A stretch of 64,000 nucleotides of DNA from contig NC_042999.1 of assembly GCF_006345805.1 (NCBI RefSeq), positions 77,190,001 to 77,254,000 of the forward strand, in the 5' to 3' direction. This DNA is from Octopus sinensis. Taxonomy: Eukaryota. The translations under genes and the position numbers were made by a program. Under the pieces are notes generated by a model. That model made no database searches. It worked only from the letters and a program-made list of their open reading frames with translations, and was not told where the DNA came from. Positions 24,977 through 38,280 of the stretch are shown in pieces; the first letter of the stretch is position 1, and every line of letters begins with the position of its first letter.

Positions 24977-26317
24977 GGCAATATTTTAGTGAAAGTCTGG
25001 TTATTCATGAGATAAGTTATTAATCAGAAATCAAGTCTGTTGCCAAGAACATATAAAGAAATATTAGTAACACAATACAAATTACTCATTCTTCAGCATG
25101 TCAAACCAAAAATTGGCACCAGCTTTTACAGAAATGCTTTGATCTAAATCCTGCTATCAAAGAAAAGGCATAATATAGTTAATGATATCTATGCAATAAA
25201 AAAATTCAATAATGATTGAAATAATAATAATAATGAAGATGGTTGAACATACACAAGAATAGGACATACTGAAAAACTGAATGATTATGTGGCCATAGTT
25301 TGCAGAATGTTGGATATTTAGTAGAATTTGAAAAAAATATCCACAATTTTGGTTTACTGATAACTGGAAAACAATAAATTTTTATATAAAACTGATGGAA
25401 TCTTTACCTATTGTGAACATTACCTTAGTCTCAATTGGATTGATTTGTAAAGGTTTAATAACTGTCTACATTGAACAAAATGATATTTTAACCTTCTCAC
25501 AAGCCCTTTGATAAAATGACATCAAAGGAAAACAACAACAAAAAAAAGATAGAAACTAGTGTGAAGCATCTAATAATTTTTCCACAGCATGAATACATGA
25601 ATTAAATATTAATAATCATGGATTTATTAACTAATTTTCTATTTAATCTTGCTAGTGAACCTCTTACTTCTTTCCCACCTCAAATTCTAATGCAAATTCA
25701 ATTGCCTGACCAGACCAATGTCAGAATATAAGAGATACTTCAATATTGTGAGATCATCCTTTCCTATGGGTTATCTCGTCACATAGTGATGCCTTTGCTT
25801 CTATTCTCAAAATCCAGACTGCTGTTTACCTAAAATTAGGTATCATTCCTATATCATGATTAAGGTATTAAAGCTACAAGGATACTATAATTATTTTTCA
25901 TTATTAAAATTAACAGTTAGTAGAAGTGCAAAAAGCAAAACAGTTATAAGGTTTCAGGCGCTGGATTACTGCTCATATGCGAATAGATTTTAAACCTTGC
26001 TCTTTAGCAAGGTAGCTAACTCCGTTTGCCTAGTTGAACAAAAACTTCCACATCGCTACAAACGTGGAACTGTTACACAGGTTGCTGTAGAAAAAGTATT
26101 AAAATAAATTGGGTATCAATTTCTTCAGTGAAGATAGCCAAGAAAGTTTACATGTGGACTGATTATTTGTTGTATCTAGTCTTACTGCACTATTTTGAGT
26201 TGAACTTTCTGAAATGCCAACTCTGATTTTCAATCTCCAAGTATCAGTAAGACACTGGTGTCAACTAATACTAACTATTAAATATTATCACCCCTTTCAA
26301 AAGGGGTCATATGATCA

Positions 26318-26531
26318 TTAACCCTTTTGATACCAACCTGCCTGAGAATGCTCCGAGTTTTATGATACAAAGTTTCAATTTTAAAGTGATTTAAATTAAA
26401 ATCTCCCATCAAAACCTTATGTTATGTTCCAAACACCAGCTTAAAAATGATAGGTATTTTAATAAATTCTTCTTTTAAAATTAAAACAAAGGTAGTGTAT
26501 TTCAATATAAATATGGTAATGAAAGGGTTAA
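26318..26531 (+). mobile_element. TTAA-flanked piggyBac-like MITE, family 2 (206 bp core)
   Basis: TTAA|CCCTTT ... AAAGGG|TTAA. Confidence 0.75.
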
Positions 26532-26865
26532 AAAAGAAATCAATGCTGTACATTGTGGAAGAACATCAAACTTTTAATACAAGTTTTTTTATTCAAAGGT
26601 TAACTTTTACTTTCATACCTCATTTGATAAAATAAACACCAGTAGGTTACATGCTAGTATGGATTGGAAGGGTTAACCATACAACATATCATTACTCATC
26701 TTATTCTTTCATAATCAATTGAAGTTGATTCAATTGATCCTATACTCCTACAAATGCACTATATCATTGGTTTATCTACTAAAAGTATTGTGTACAACAA
26801 AAACTTCAAATATCTGTATAGTTTTGTGTTCAACTTTCCAGTTCATAGCATCCATCAAAAAATGA

Positions 26866-26871
26866 TTTATT
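26866..26871 (-). terminator. Candidate polyadenylation signal of SF3B6
   Basis: First AATAAA I found on the minus strand after the stop codon (about 615 nt downstream). Another lies at 26588-26593. Confidence 0.3.
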
Positions 26872-27486
26872 GATTTCAGAGAAGACATAAAATAATAGTC
26901 ATGAGGTTATTGGTTTTATGAATATGAAAGGATGTACAATTATTAGCATGATAATTTATGCAAGAATTTCCATGTGTCAGCACAAACTTGCATGGAAAAG
27001 TATAGTATATACTTTTGAATAATTAAAGACAAATTGTAATGATAAATACCAACGTGAACAGTTCAACAAATATTATTTTTATGAAATCTGCCTTTTATAC
27101 TAAAATACATATCCTATTAAATATAGGCGTGAACATTGAAATGTGTTTGGATGTCAAATAAAGAGAAAGAAGCGTCTTTTTTTTCTTCTTTCTCTTTATC
27201 TTCCCATTACATATATTTCTGTTCCCATGCTTATATCCAATGTAAAAAAAAATAAAATGAATTAGATGAAATTTAAAAATGGAAACCCAAATAGTTTCAA
27301 AGATATACTACATCCCATACTGAAACAAAATTTGAGGTCAAAGATATGGTTTGTGTATATGAAGTTAAAGTCTCAAATTTAAGATGACAAGTAAAATAGC
27401 AGATGGGAGATGATGTTTTTTCAGTAAGATATTCACTTCACATTTTTTTTTTGTAATATCTGGTCCATATTTTGTGTATAGAAAAA

Positions 27487-27579
27487 TCATTTCTTGTTCT
27501 CTGGTGTGCTTAATCCATATTTTGTTTTTATTTTATCAATATCATCTTTCTTTTTGTCTTGGTCAATTCGTTTAAAAGC
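27487..27579 (-). CDS. SF3B6: SF3B6 coding exon 4 (93 nt incl. TGA)
   Basis: Acceptor TTTTTTTTTCAG|GCT; AFKRIDQDKKKDDIDKIKTKYGLSTPENKK*; phase 0 matches exon 3. Confidence 0.93.
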   Translation of the reverse strand, partial: AFKRIDQDKKKDDIDKIKTKYGLSTPENKK

Positions 27580-30296
27580 CTGAAAAAAAAATGTAGAGAA
27601 TGATAAAATTTATGTAAAAATTTGAGAAAATATATTTTAAAGAAGACAAACAGAGAAACATTTTTTAAAAATGAAATTAACTTGGTGTTATTTTTAGGTA
27701 GATAATTTGCTTCTTAAAAATTAGTCTTCTGGTTTACATTGATGAAACATACAAAGCAGTACAAGTCTGAAGTTTATTAAAGATAGGCAACTTGAAAAGA
27801 AGAGTCTTTTATAAAGAGTTAAAACACAATGGGTAAAGACTCAGAGATACATATATACATACACAAGCATAAATATGTGTATATATTTATGTGTATTTTG
27901 CATGCATTTTACTTGTATGTATACAAGCCAACATGGCTGGACACCATACTTGATAAGAGAAACTTTAAATAAACAAAACAAGCTTTTCCTATCACCTAAA
28001 GAAACCATTCAAAACTCAAATTACCAAATATGTCTACAAAACCAGTACACTACATACCAGTATGGGCTGGATGACTTAGCTGTACAGCATATCTTTCATC
28101 ATTTCAGTCTTTCATAATCTCTTAGGAGGCTCAGTCCTCTGACGTCTGATCTTCTCCTTTAATTTTTTAATACAGGTACCCTCTACTGAGAGAACTCGCA
28201 GTCCATACTAGTTAGATTCTCTCTCATGTACACTGCTGTTGCATTTAAAGTCTAACCATTTTTTTCAGTCTGTACTCAACCTTTCATGCAAATTAACTTA
28301 AGCATTCAATGGATTATGGTTGCCTAGTCTGTGCAGGTCTTTCACATGCAGAATCACACTCTTATGTATACATCATTGAGAGAAATCTTTTGCTAACATA
28401 AGAAGAAACATATCTGGGCACCGTCCATCCCTTAACTGATCTGGTAATTATGCTTTCATTACAGCCACGACCAGTACTAATTAGCTCAGGTAGGTAAGAA
28501 AGTCTAGTGAACCAACTTAACACATGGTGAGTGTCTGGTTCTCTATACTATATATCTATTAACCTAGATCTTATAGTTAAAAATGATGTGCTATGCCAGT
28601 AATTTTCAGAGTAATATCTTCATGCGCAACTAGATTTACTGAGTAAATTTAGTTGTGCAAATATAAACTTGCCTATCAGAAAGGAAAAGTGGAGTAGTCA
28701 TGACTGTGTTGAAATACTGATCAAGATTAAGACATCAGATACTTAACAGAGTTATGCCCCTTAATCTAAGCACATTTCCAATTTCTTTCTCGGTAGTAGA
28801 GGCATGAAGGCATGTAGATTAGTGGTATGGACTCCAGATCGGATTGGTCGTGAATTCGATACTTAACAGCACATTGTGTGGTTGAGCAAAACACTTTATT
28901 TCACGTTGTTCCTGTTGATTTAGCTGGCAAAAATGAATAGTACCTGAATTTCATAGGTCTAGGCTTGTCACATTCTGTTTATGCTGAATCTCCCTGAGAA
29001 CTATGTTGAGGTTTAAAACACTCATTGTAAGCAACAGACAGCCAGTTAGTAATAAAGCTGGAGTGTTGTAAGTTGGTATTTAGATTCACTGTCCTACTAG
29101 CTGATATCAGACTAAGGAAGGACAGCAGAGCAATGGTTTACAACATAAGGAAGCAGAGAATGCTTTGCCATGAATACTACAAACATATGAGATCAAATCT
29201 TAGGTGAATAGTAAAACAAAGTAGTTGTTGCATAGTCAGTGGTGACAGCTGCACTTCATTTGGAGTGGACAACAGAAAGGAAAAGCATACTATAATGTAA
29301 GCCAAAAGCAATTGAAATATTTATTAATAACATCAATGGTACTTGACACTGTTTGATGGAACATTGTTATTGTTTGAATAATTGTGATTTTTTTTTGTTG
29401 ACAGTTGAAGGAAATGTCTCATATTACAAACTTTAAGTAACATAAACTTTCATATTCATCTTTGACCTACTTTTTAACTTCCAGAAGTGATAGTTCACAA
29501 TAAGATGTTAGATTGGCAAAGCAAAGTCAATGGGGCACTGGATAGACTGCTGAGCAGCATATGTTCCAACACTTTCTTCTCTGGCAGAAAATTCTACCAA
29601 GATCAACTCTGTCTTTCTTGAGGCAGTGGGAGCTGTTACAGTGTCAAAGAAGATGCTTTCCAATATCTGCATCAGCTCTTGATATTTTCAGACAAAAACA
29701 CTGATGCCAAGCTCTGTTGGCTTTGGCCTTGCAGAAAGGTCCCCCTTGGATAAAACTGGTATAGTGGAGATGGAAAACTTGCATGCATGAGTAACTGCTG
29801 GGCTTCTAACATAAAAGAAAAATGTTCAGGCTTGTGCTTATAGGTATCAATACATCATCAACCCAGATGGAGAGACCTAACCAAGGTAAAGTCAGCACTT
29901 TCACTAGATCTAATATTGAATTTGACAAGATCCTTATCAATTTAGGAAATTTCTCCTCCATCATGATATGGCTTTATTGTTGTGATTCAAAAAAAGGGTA
30001 GCCAGTGGTATATCAAAATTAATCTTTCAGAATATAAAATGCTACCAGCTGTAAATTTCATATTCTTGCGATTTGACAATCAATATTATTTTTTTTGTGG
30101 AAAATGAACAATTAGAAATCATAAAAAAAAAAAGTGAAGTCCAACATACATATTTCTTTTGCTGGTAATTATATTCATAGTGAGACAACCAGAGGATATT
30201 ACAATGACTATGGTCAATAGTTAAGCTTAACCTTGTAGCCATTTCGCTTCATTATGTTAGAATATGAAAAAAAAAAAAATAACAATGAATTCTCAC

Positions 30297-30435
30297 CTTC
30301 ACTGCTTGATAATATAGTACCACAAGGTACCTGTTGCATACATTGAAACCAGATAAATGATCACAAGCATTCTTTGCATCAAATATATCTTCATATACTA
30401 CATATGCAGTTCCTCGGGTTTCAGCTGTGTTACCA
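30297..30435 (-). CDS. SF3B6: SF3B6 coding exon 3 (139 nt)
   Basis: TTTTATTTCCAG|T..AAG|GTGAGA; [46 protein letters not shown], nearly identical to the p14 RRM. Confidence 0.98.
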
Positions 30436-32949
30436 CTGGAAAATAAAATGGTTAAATTTTTAAAGACAGTTTTGATGTTTCAATATTTGCATGCTGAACT
30501 ACAGTAAATTTTAGACTATGAAAGGTGTTATTCCTTCACTCTCTCTCTTCCTTATTAGATATAAATCATAGTTTATATCAAAATAAATTAGATATATTTT
30601 ATTATATTTAATGATATGTCAAACAGATGTCAGTCACTACTTCATATCACCATTTTAGAATCTTTTGCTGAATCAATATATCTGCATGTCGTTTTTATGA
30701 ATCAATAGAGTGGCTCATTAAACTGGTGAAGGGATATGTTTGCATTGCTCAAGAATTACACTAACAATATAGCCAAAGTTAAACCTATTGGTTTCACTTA
30801 TTGGACGGCAGCCATTGAAGGATTTTACCTTCAGGGACTTTAGTCAGTCATATTGATACTAGTTCTTTTCTATCCATCATTATTTATCAAACTGCTACAT
30901 TACAAGACATAACACCAATTGTTTTTAGACTGATGTAAACATAAACTGGGACACATGCATGCACACACACAAAACAGGTATCTGAACAGTTTCCATCTAG
31001 AAAATTTAAATCAAAAAGTATTGGGTCAACTAAGACCAGGGAAAACAACTGATCAGGGTTCTACTCCAACTTTACACTAACCAGCAAACTGTATTGTCTC
31101 TGTGTCACATCTGATGCAGCTATTGTGCCCAATACTCTTCTGAGCTCATTGTACACTTTCCTGACTTTGTATACCTATTTCTCCTTTTACTACCATCTCT
31201 GTTGTCCCAACACATCTCCAGACCTGCATCTTCTCAGCAACTTATGTTTAACGTTTAACTAACCAACCTCATTTAGTTATCTCTATCTCCTAGTCTATGT
31301 ATATAAATGAATAGACATTTACTAAAGTTATTTCTTCTAATTCCGATCAATAGTTCCAAAGTATATTTATGTTTACCAAAACCTATTTCTAGTATCACCC
31401 AGCCTAATTTCAGACATTTCAATATCCATAAATTCAAGTGTGGTGGATGACAGAATCAGTAACATCAGACTCACAGCATTCAGTTATGCCCTTAGTACAA
31501 ATTCTGCTGAGGTTGACTACTTTTCATTCTTCCAGGACTAATAAAATAGTAATATATTGACAGTCAATTCAGACCTTTATATCGTCCTTACAAGTGTGTG
31601 TCCTTATGCCAATGTATGAAGTAAATATATGTAAATTCAGAAAAATAACACCCAAAATGATATTCCTTTGCAGAATTATTAAAATCATTTTTGTTGCTGC
31701 TGCTGCTGATGATATAGTATGAGAGACTTGTAAAAAATCTACTTGTTAGTTGGATCTATGAAAGATAGCTAGATGCTTATTGGCAAACTAAGTAAATGAA
31801 AGATAAATTGTAACTCTGGATGAATAGCTTGTCCATCGCAAGTTAACTTCCCAAATACACAGGTGTAAACACACTAACATAGATGATTGGTAAAATGTTG
31901 AAGTAAACAGAATGAAGTACCTAGTAGGACATTTAAACTACATGCTAAATGTGTGTATTAAGTCAATTAGTCAAAGACTAAGATTTAAGTGGTTGAAAAA
32001 AAAAATTTAAGAATGTTATTTTCTAAACAAATTTATAAAGCAAACAAATGATTCCCTTATTTGTTACAATGATGTTTGGATGGTAAAAACTATTCCACTC
32101 TATGGAAATTTCAGTGAAATGAACCATTGTAAATTGTCTTCAATATTCTCAAGCATACATGCACTGACTTAATGAATTTTCACTCAAGTTTTACAATAGA
32201 GGATTCTGTATGCAAATTTTGATAGTTCATGAGCAAAATCGATAGAATCATTGTCATAAAACAATATTCCATAGGATATCAGGTTAACATAGGTAAATAA
32301 CAACTAAAACGATTTATTACAGCTGCTGCAGAGAACAATCATAATAATGATTATTTACCTATGGACAATAAGAAATCCTTTTCTACAATACAGGTATATT
32401 TAACAGTAAAGAAAGAAAACTATATACCAATATACAGTAATTTCCGTTGCTGCAATTCTAAATAATATAAGCAAAACTGAGAGAAAAGATAAGATAAAAA
32501 AGGGCTTGATAAAGTTTGAGAGAACTGACATAAATTAGTAACAAGAAGATAGATGACAAAAACATCAGTGATACAATTAATATTATTTGATTAATGTTTA
32601 AACTGTGGTTCACTTACATTCTTTTTGGGCATATTGTTTTAGAATTAGCAAATGAAGATTTGTTCCTTGAAGACTGAATTGGCACACCTAAATTTAACTT
32701 TACTACATATTTAAAGTACTTTCAGTCACATCTGCCACACTGTAGAACACAACTACAATGTCGTCAGGACACTATCTATCCCACCTAATCCAAAATAACA
32801 CAAAACAAATATATAAACAAAATAGCTGTCAGCATCAATCACTCCACTAATCCTAATCCCTGTACTGGGATGTAAAACACTGAAAATAGGTGCTAAAGAG
32901 AAACCACTGTAACTCCTCGACCAAGCTCATCTTACCGCTCTCTGTTGTG

Positions 32950-33480
32950 GCTACCAGATCTATACAACAACTGATTCAACACTGGCAGAAATGCAACACG
33001 TCCATGCTGTTACAATGTCATCTGTACTATAAACTACTATAAATTTCAGTGCAAATGTGGACTTCAGCTAGATGAAGACACAGTACATCTGGAATGCTAG
33101 TTCCATTGGTCACACCCATACATTTAACTAATTAGCTACACGCTAAAGAGGGATAATTGAGGCTATATAACAAAAACAGTATTTTGTCAAAAAAGCATTT
33201 CCAACCACCAAGGAAATCAGTCAATGATACCAATCTGTAACATAAGACATGCTATCAAAACTAAGACTAGCTGTTTATGTTTTCGTGTATTTCCACCAAG
33301 TCAACTGGTTACATTGATGCACACCACCCAACCCTCAATTTACAAGACATACAATGCAATAGACATAGAGTATGTGTCCTGAACTACAGGGATAACTGTT
33401 TGAAGTCCTCATCTATACAACATCTTGGTACTTTTAAATATATAAGTAACAGTAAAGAAGAAATCTAGTGGACATTACAT
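32950..33480 (+). mobile_element. Possible Penelope-like GIY-YIG remnant
   Basis: Degenerate YKFQCKCGLQ motif followed by SSSIQHL. Confidence 0.3.
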
Positions 33481-33648
33481 AATAGGGACTAAATAAAAAA
33501 AATCTCAGAAATAAAACTGTTTCTACCAGATCATCTTTCATAGAGTCATAAAATCTTATTTGGTTAGTGAAGAAAAAGTCAAATGAGTGTCTGTAAAATT
33601 TGGTAATTCTAATGCATTATATTATGATTTATATTAATCAGAACTGAT

Positions 33649-33746
33649 TCATCATCATTTAACATCCACTTTCCATGCTGGCATGGGTTGGACGGTTTGA
33701 CTGATAACTAGTAAGCCAGGGTGGGTGGGCTGCACCAGGTTCCAAG
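33649..33746 (-). mobile_element. Short RTE 3' tail copy
   Basis: Reverse complement of CAAACCGTCCAACCCATGCCAGCATGGAAAGTGGATGTTAAATGATGATGA. Confidence 0.8.
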
Positions 33747-34600
33747 TTTACCTCTTTCGTTCTCATTACTTTTAAAACTTTCGCTTCCTCCTCCATATTA
33801 TGCAGAATGGCTGCCACCAGCCAATCTCAGAGTACCTCAATCTCCGCGGGTACTCTGCCAATCCTTACCCTGGCCACTCGTTTGCCACAGTAAGTCAGCA
33901 GAAGTACCCACTCTGGTGTCCTTAGCGCCTCGCTTCTTGTTCGCTCGCGAACCTTACCTCCACTGTGCTGTAATTTTTCCCTCTGGTATAGAATGTTGTG
34001 AGGCTTTTTACCTCTATGGCTTCCACAGTAGCTATTTCAATTCTTTTTGTTGCTGTGGACAGCGTTCTATATACCACTTCCACTTCATCACACTAGCTGT
34101 CAAATCTTGTGGCTGGATCAACCTCAAACTGGTTCCCTCCTTTTCAATAAGCCTGTTAAACTCCTTCAGCTTCTTTTTCTCCATCTTCACCTCTCAAACC
34201 TGTAGTACATCCACAGTTAAACTTATTTCAGTGGCTGAAGCATAGCTGCCAGCTGGGACTGGTTCACTTTCCAACCTTCCTTTTTTCCCTACTTCACCCA
34301 TAAATGGGGAAGAAAACAATTATTAATTCACAGGCAATAAAAAACAGCAACTAACAATTCAACGATTTAACAATGAGCTTCAACAATTAGGTTCACCCTT
34401 ACAGGAGACCTTCAACAAATAATTAACAATGCGACTCATGTCTAACAGTGATTAAAAATGATTAAACCGAACACCAAAAAAACAGCAGCGACTATTCACT
34501 GTTCAACTACTGACTGATAAACCAACACACATCGAACTAACACAGTAAACCAACACAGTCAAACTAACACCATCAACTACTCCCTTGACAGTTAACTCAG
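33747..34600 (-). mobile_element. 5'UTR + ORF1-like fragment of a LINE (Tx1/L1-like), frameshifted
   Basis: Minus frames give MEKKKLKEFNRLIEKEG, STVEVRFASEQEARR and LRTPEWVLLLTYCGKRVARVRIGRVPAEIE. Local GC and CpG are higher than in the flanks. Clade assignment from memory only. Confidence 0.5.
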
Positions 34601-34742
34601 TCCTTATTTATTGTAATTAGTCCACCTTCGGTCATGTGGAGGTGTTCAGGATTCTACCATAACACATACTGAGATCATTGCTTTTCTTACAAGTAAAAAA
34701 AAATTTGCTTAAGAAAGGATTCTGATGAAGACAAGTACTTAC

Positions 34743-34861
34743 AGTCTAATTTGTCGTATGGCTCCATATTTTCCAAATATATCATACATTTCTTCAGTTG
34801 TGATTTTGTAGGGTAAATTTCGAATATATAATATCCGATTCACCTCCGGCGGCAGCCGCAC
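34743..34861 (-). CDS. SF3B6: SF3B6 coding exon 2 (119 nt)
   Basis: CTTTTCCAG|GTG..CT|GTAAGT; [39 protein letters not shown], the p14 signature. Confidence 0.98.
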
Positions 34862-35054
34862 CTGGAAAAGTTTTCAAAAGTTAACACACATAAAACACAT
34901 TTAAAAAAAAAAAAATCATAATTGTAACAAAGTTAGCTGTTACAGCTAAATTGGTTTTAATCAACATCTCCAATGTATCCAACATGATACCTGCACTGAG
35001 GCTAAATATACTATCATTTGCTTCAGGTGAATGCTTAGAAGTATCACAATCCTT

Positions 35055-37125
35055 TATATTAGATGATGGTTCACTTGCATTAAACAAGGCTGCAAAGAGA
35101 GAGGTTTGGAGATGCCACTATGAAAGGTTGCTAAATAAAGAGAATGAATGGGAGAAAGAGAGTCCGCCGAATGCTGACTCAACAAAGGGACCAGCTATCC
35201 GAATTGACAGTTCCTTGGTAGATAAAGCAATTAAGGGTATGAAGACAGGGAAAGCCCTGAGCCATCAGGAATCACCGCAGAGATGCTCAAAATATCTGGC
35301 GGTGTCGGCTATAGCCGAGTCACCCATATAGTTAACCAGGTGATACATGAAGGAGTCATACCCAATGACTGGTGTAGCAACAAGTCAACCGCTACAAAGG
35401 TAAAGGTGACACTTTAGATACAAATAATTATAAAGGTATCAAGTTGTTGGATCAGGTAATGAAGGTCACGGAGAGGGACATAGCCCAACTAATTAGGGAG
35501 AGAGTCAGTCTAAATGAGATGCAGTTTGGGTTCGTGCCAGGGAAAAGCACCACTGATGCTATATTTTTTGGTAAAACAGCTGCAGGAGAAATACCTAGCC
35601 AAAGATAAACCTCTGTACCTGGCTTTCATTGACATGGAGAAAGCCTTTGACAGGGTCCCCCGATCCCTTATTTGGTGGTCAATGAGGAAACTAGGGATAG
35701 ATGAATGGTTAGTGAGAGTTGTGCAAGCCATGAACAGGGATGCTATCAGTAAGGTGAGAGTTAGCAACGAGTAGTGAAGAATTCTGGGTAGGGTAGGGGT
35801 CCACCAAGGATCAGTCCTCAGCTGCTTCTTATTCAATCTTAGTCCTCCAGACAATAACAGAGGGAATCAAGACAGGATGCTCCTGGGAGCTCCTCTATGC
35901 TGATGACCTTGCTCTAATTGCTGAATCACTATCAGAACTAGAGGAAAAGTTTCAGGTGTGGAAGCAAGGATTAGAATCAAAGGGCTTTAGAGTCAACTTA
36001 GCTAAAACCAAAGTCTTAATAAGTAGGAAGGCAGACAAACCACAAATCCCTTCAGGCTGATGGCCCTGCTCAATCTGTAGAAAAGGCGTAAGTAGAAACT
36101 CCATAAGATGTACCCATTGTAAGCTATGGACACATAAGAGGTGCAGCAATATCAAAGGAACAGGGAAGAAAGTTTTTGTATGTGGCAAATGTTCAGGTGC
36201 TATAAACACTGAAAATGTGCAGAGAACAGCTTCTGTCACATTCCAGGGAGAAAAACTAGAATAGTTGATAGCTTCTGTTATCTAGGTGACCAAGTCAGTA
36301 GTGGGGGGTGGATGCTCTGAAAGTGTAGCTGCTAGAATAAGAATAGCCTAGGCAAAGTTCAGAGAGCTCCTACCTCTGCTGGTGACAAAGGGCCTCTCGC
36401 TCAGAGTAAAAGGTAAACTGTATGACGCATGTGTACGAACAGCCATGCTACATGGCAGTGAAACACAGGCCATGACTGCTGAGGACATGAGTAATCTTGC
36501 AAGGAATGAAGCTAGTATGAACCGCTGGATGTGTAATGTCAATGTGCATACACGACAGAGTGTAAGCACCCCGAAAGAAAAGTTGGCAACAAGACAAGTG
36601 AGACCATAACCCGTGGTCTATGCTAGTGGGTGTAACCAGCCCACTTATGAGTACCCCTCATTCATTGGACAATAAACTTTGCTTGCGAAGACCTATTGCG
36701 GCAAGTGAAATCAAAATCACTGACATGGCTGATGACAGTGCCTCATGCCAGTGGAACATTAAAAGCACATCTGAGCATGATCGTTGCCAGCATCATCTTA
36801 CCAGCATATGTGCCAGTGACATGTGAAAAATAACATTCGAGCATGGTTGTCACCAGTGCCACCGGACTGGCCCCTTGCAGGTAGCATGAAAAAAACACCT
36901 TTTGAGCGTCGTCATTACCAGAACCGCCTGACTGGCCCTTGTGCCGGTGGAATGTAAAAGTAACCACTACACTCTCGGAGTGGTTGGCATTAGGAAGGGC
37001 ATCCAGCTAGAGAAACTTTGGCAGATCAGATTGGAGCCTGGTGCACCCTTCTGGCTCGCCAGTCCTCAGTCAAACCGTCCAACCCATGCCAGCTTGGAAA
37101 ACGGATGTTAAACCACAACGATGAT
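35055..37125 (+). mobile_element. 5'-truncated RTE-clade LINE (RT + 3'UTR), decayed, in SF3B6 intron 1 antisense to the gene
   Basis: Frames VWRCHYERLLNKEN, MQFGFVPGKSTTDAIF, YLAFIDMEKAFDRVPRSLIWWSMRKLG, LLYADDL, KGKLYDACVRTAMLHGSET. 3'UTR ends in the AAACCACAACGATGAT tail. Confidence 0.92.
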
Positions 37126-37929
37126 AGCATTTCTCAAGCAAACAATGGTATCATTAAATCAATGAGAAGTAGACAGTACAACTGTGTAAGATTCAGATAG
37201 ATTAATAAGAATGACTTAAAACTGACCAGTTGATGTTAAAAAATGTCTTCTATACATTCCATAGATACAAAAATAACCTGAAGAAAGAAGGAATGAAAGC
37301 TCATAGATTCCTCAGCCAGAAGTAGGTTTAGAGAAGTTCAAGCTTATGTGTATGAGGAGGAGGCAGAGAGAAACTTCAAAAATATAGGACAACTTGGAAT
37401 TTATACAAGACAATCTATTGTGCACTACATATCAGAGCAGTGAATGGAACAATGCTCCAATCTGACGGAAGATGACATTTTAGCGGAATGTTACAGTAGG
37501 CGGAACCATAAAAGTTAAGAAACAGAAAAATTGGAAGAAAGGTCGGAGCAAGGAATAATTATCAAGTAACCACAAGAGATGCTTGATGTCAAGTATATGT
37601 TATATAGAGAGAAGCTGAAAGTAAGGTGTTTGTCCTTTGGTTTGTCCAAATTGTTAAGAAGTTTTCTTTTCCATTGCTAGTTTGATACCATAGAGTGACA
37701 TCTTGGACATATGTTTTCTTTTACTATAAGCTTCAGGTTGACCCCAAATTTTATGAATGAGACTGGATAGACAGAAATTGCGTGCAAATTAAAAGGATGG
37801 ATTTTATCTGTAATTCAAAGGTCCAGCATTGTTATACACTATATCACACCAACTCTGAGGATTATAAGGGTACATGTGTCCATGAAATAATCAGTCACTT
37901 AATTGCTAATTTAATAGGATTCTATTTTT

Positions 37930-38280
37930 TGTATGAAGGGTAGATTGTGAAATGCTTACATACCAAGTGCAATTTTACATGGTAAAATATAGGCATTGAG
38001 TATAGTTTGAGGGTGTGCTGCAAAGAAATTATGCAAGCATGGTCCACTGGATGTGTAATGTTGGTGTGCATGAATGAAAGAACACAAGAGGCAAGAGAAT
38101 AGGGGATGAGAAAGATCAGATGAATTAAGACAGAAAACTCTGTTGGTATGATCCATAGAGGATGACATAGGTGCCAAGTGATCCAATAGGAAGAGGTGGA
38201 GTGAGGAAAACACAAGAAGAAGTAGTAGTTGACCAGAAGAATGTTTGACAAGTACCATGCACTGTAATCTGGAGTTACTC
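37930..38280 (+). mobile_element. Old RTE LINE C-terminal remnant
   Basis: Degenerate ILHG and ASMVHWMCNVGVHE motifs homologous to 36420-36570. Confidence 0.55.

Noticed and set aside
25917-26200. CpG-containing stretch with peptide-like frames (LPHRYKRGTVTQVAVEKVL)
   Set aside because: All frames are interrupted by stops and no family is recognised; possibly an old TE piece
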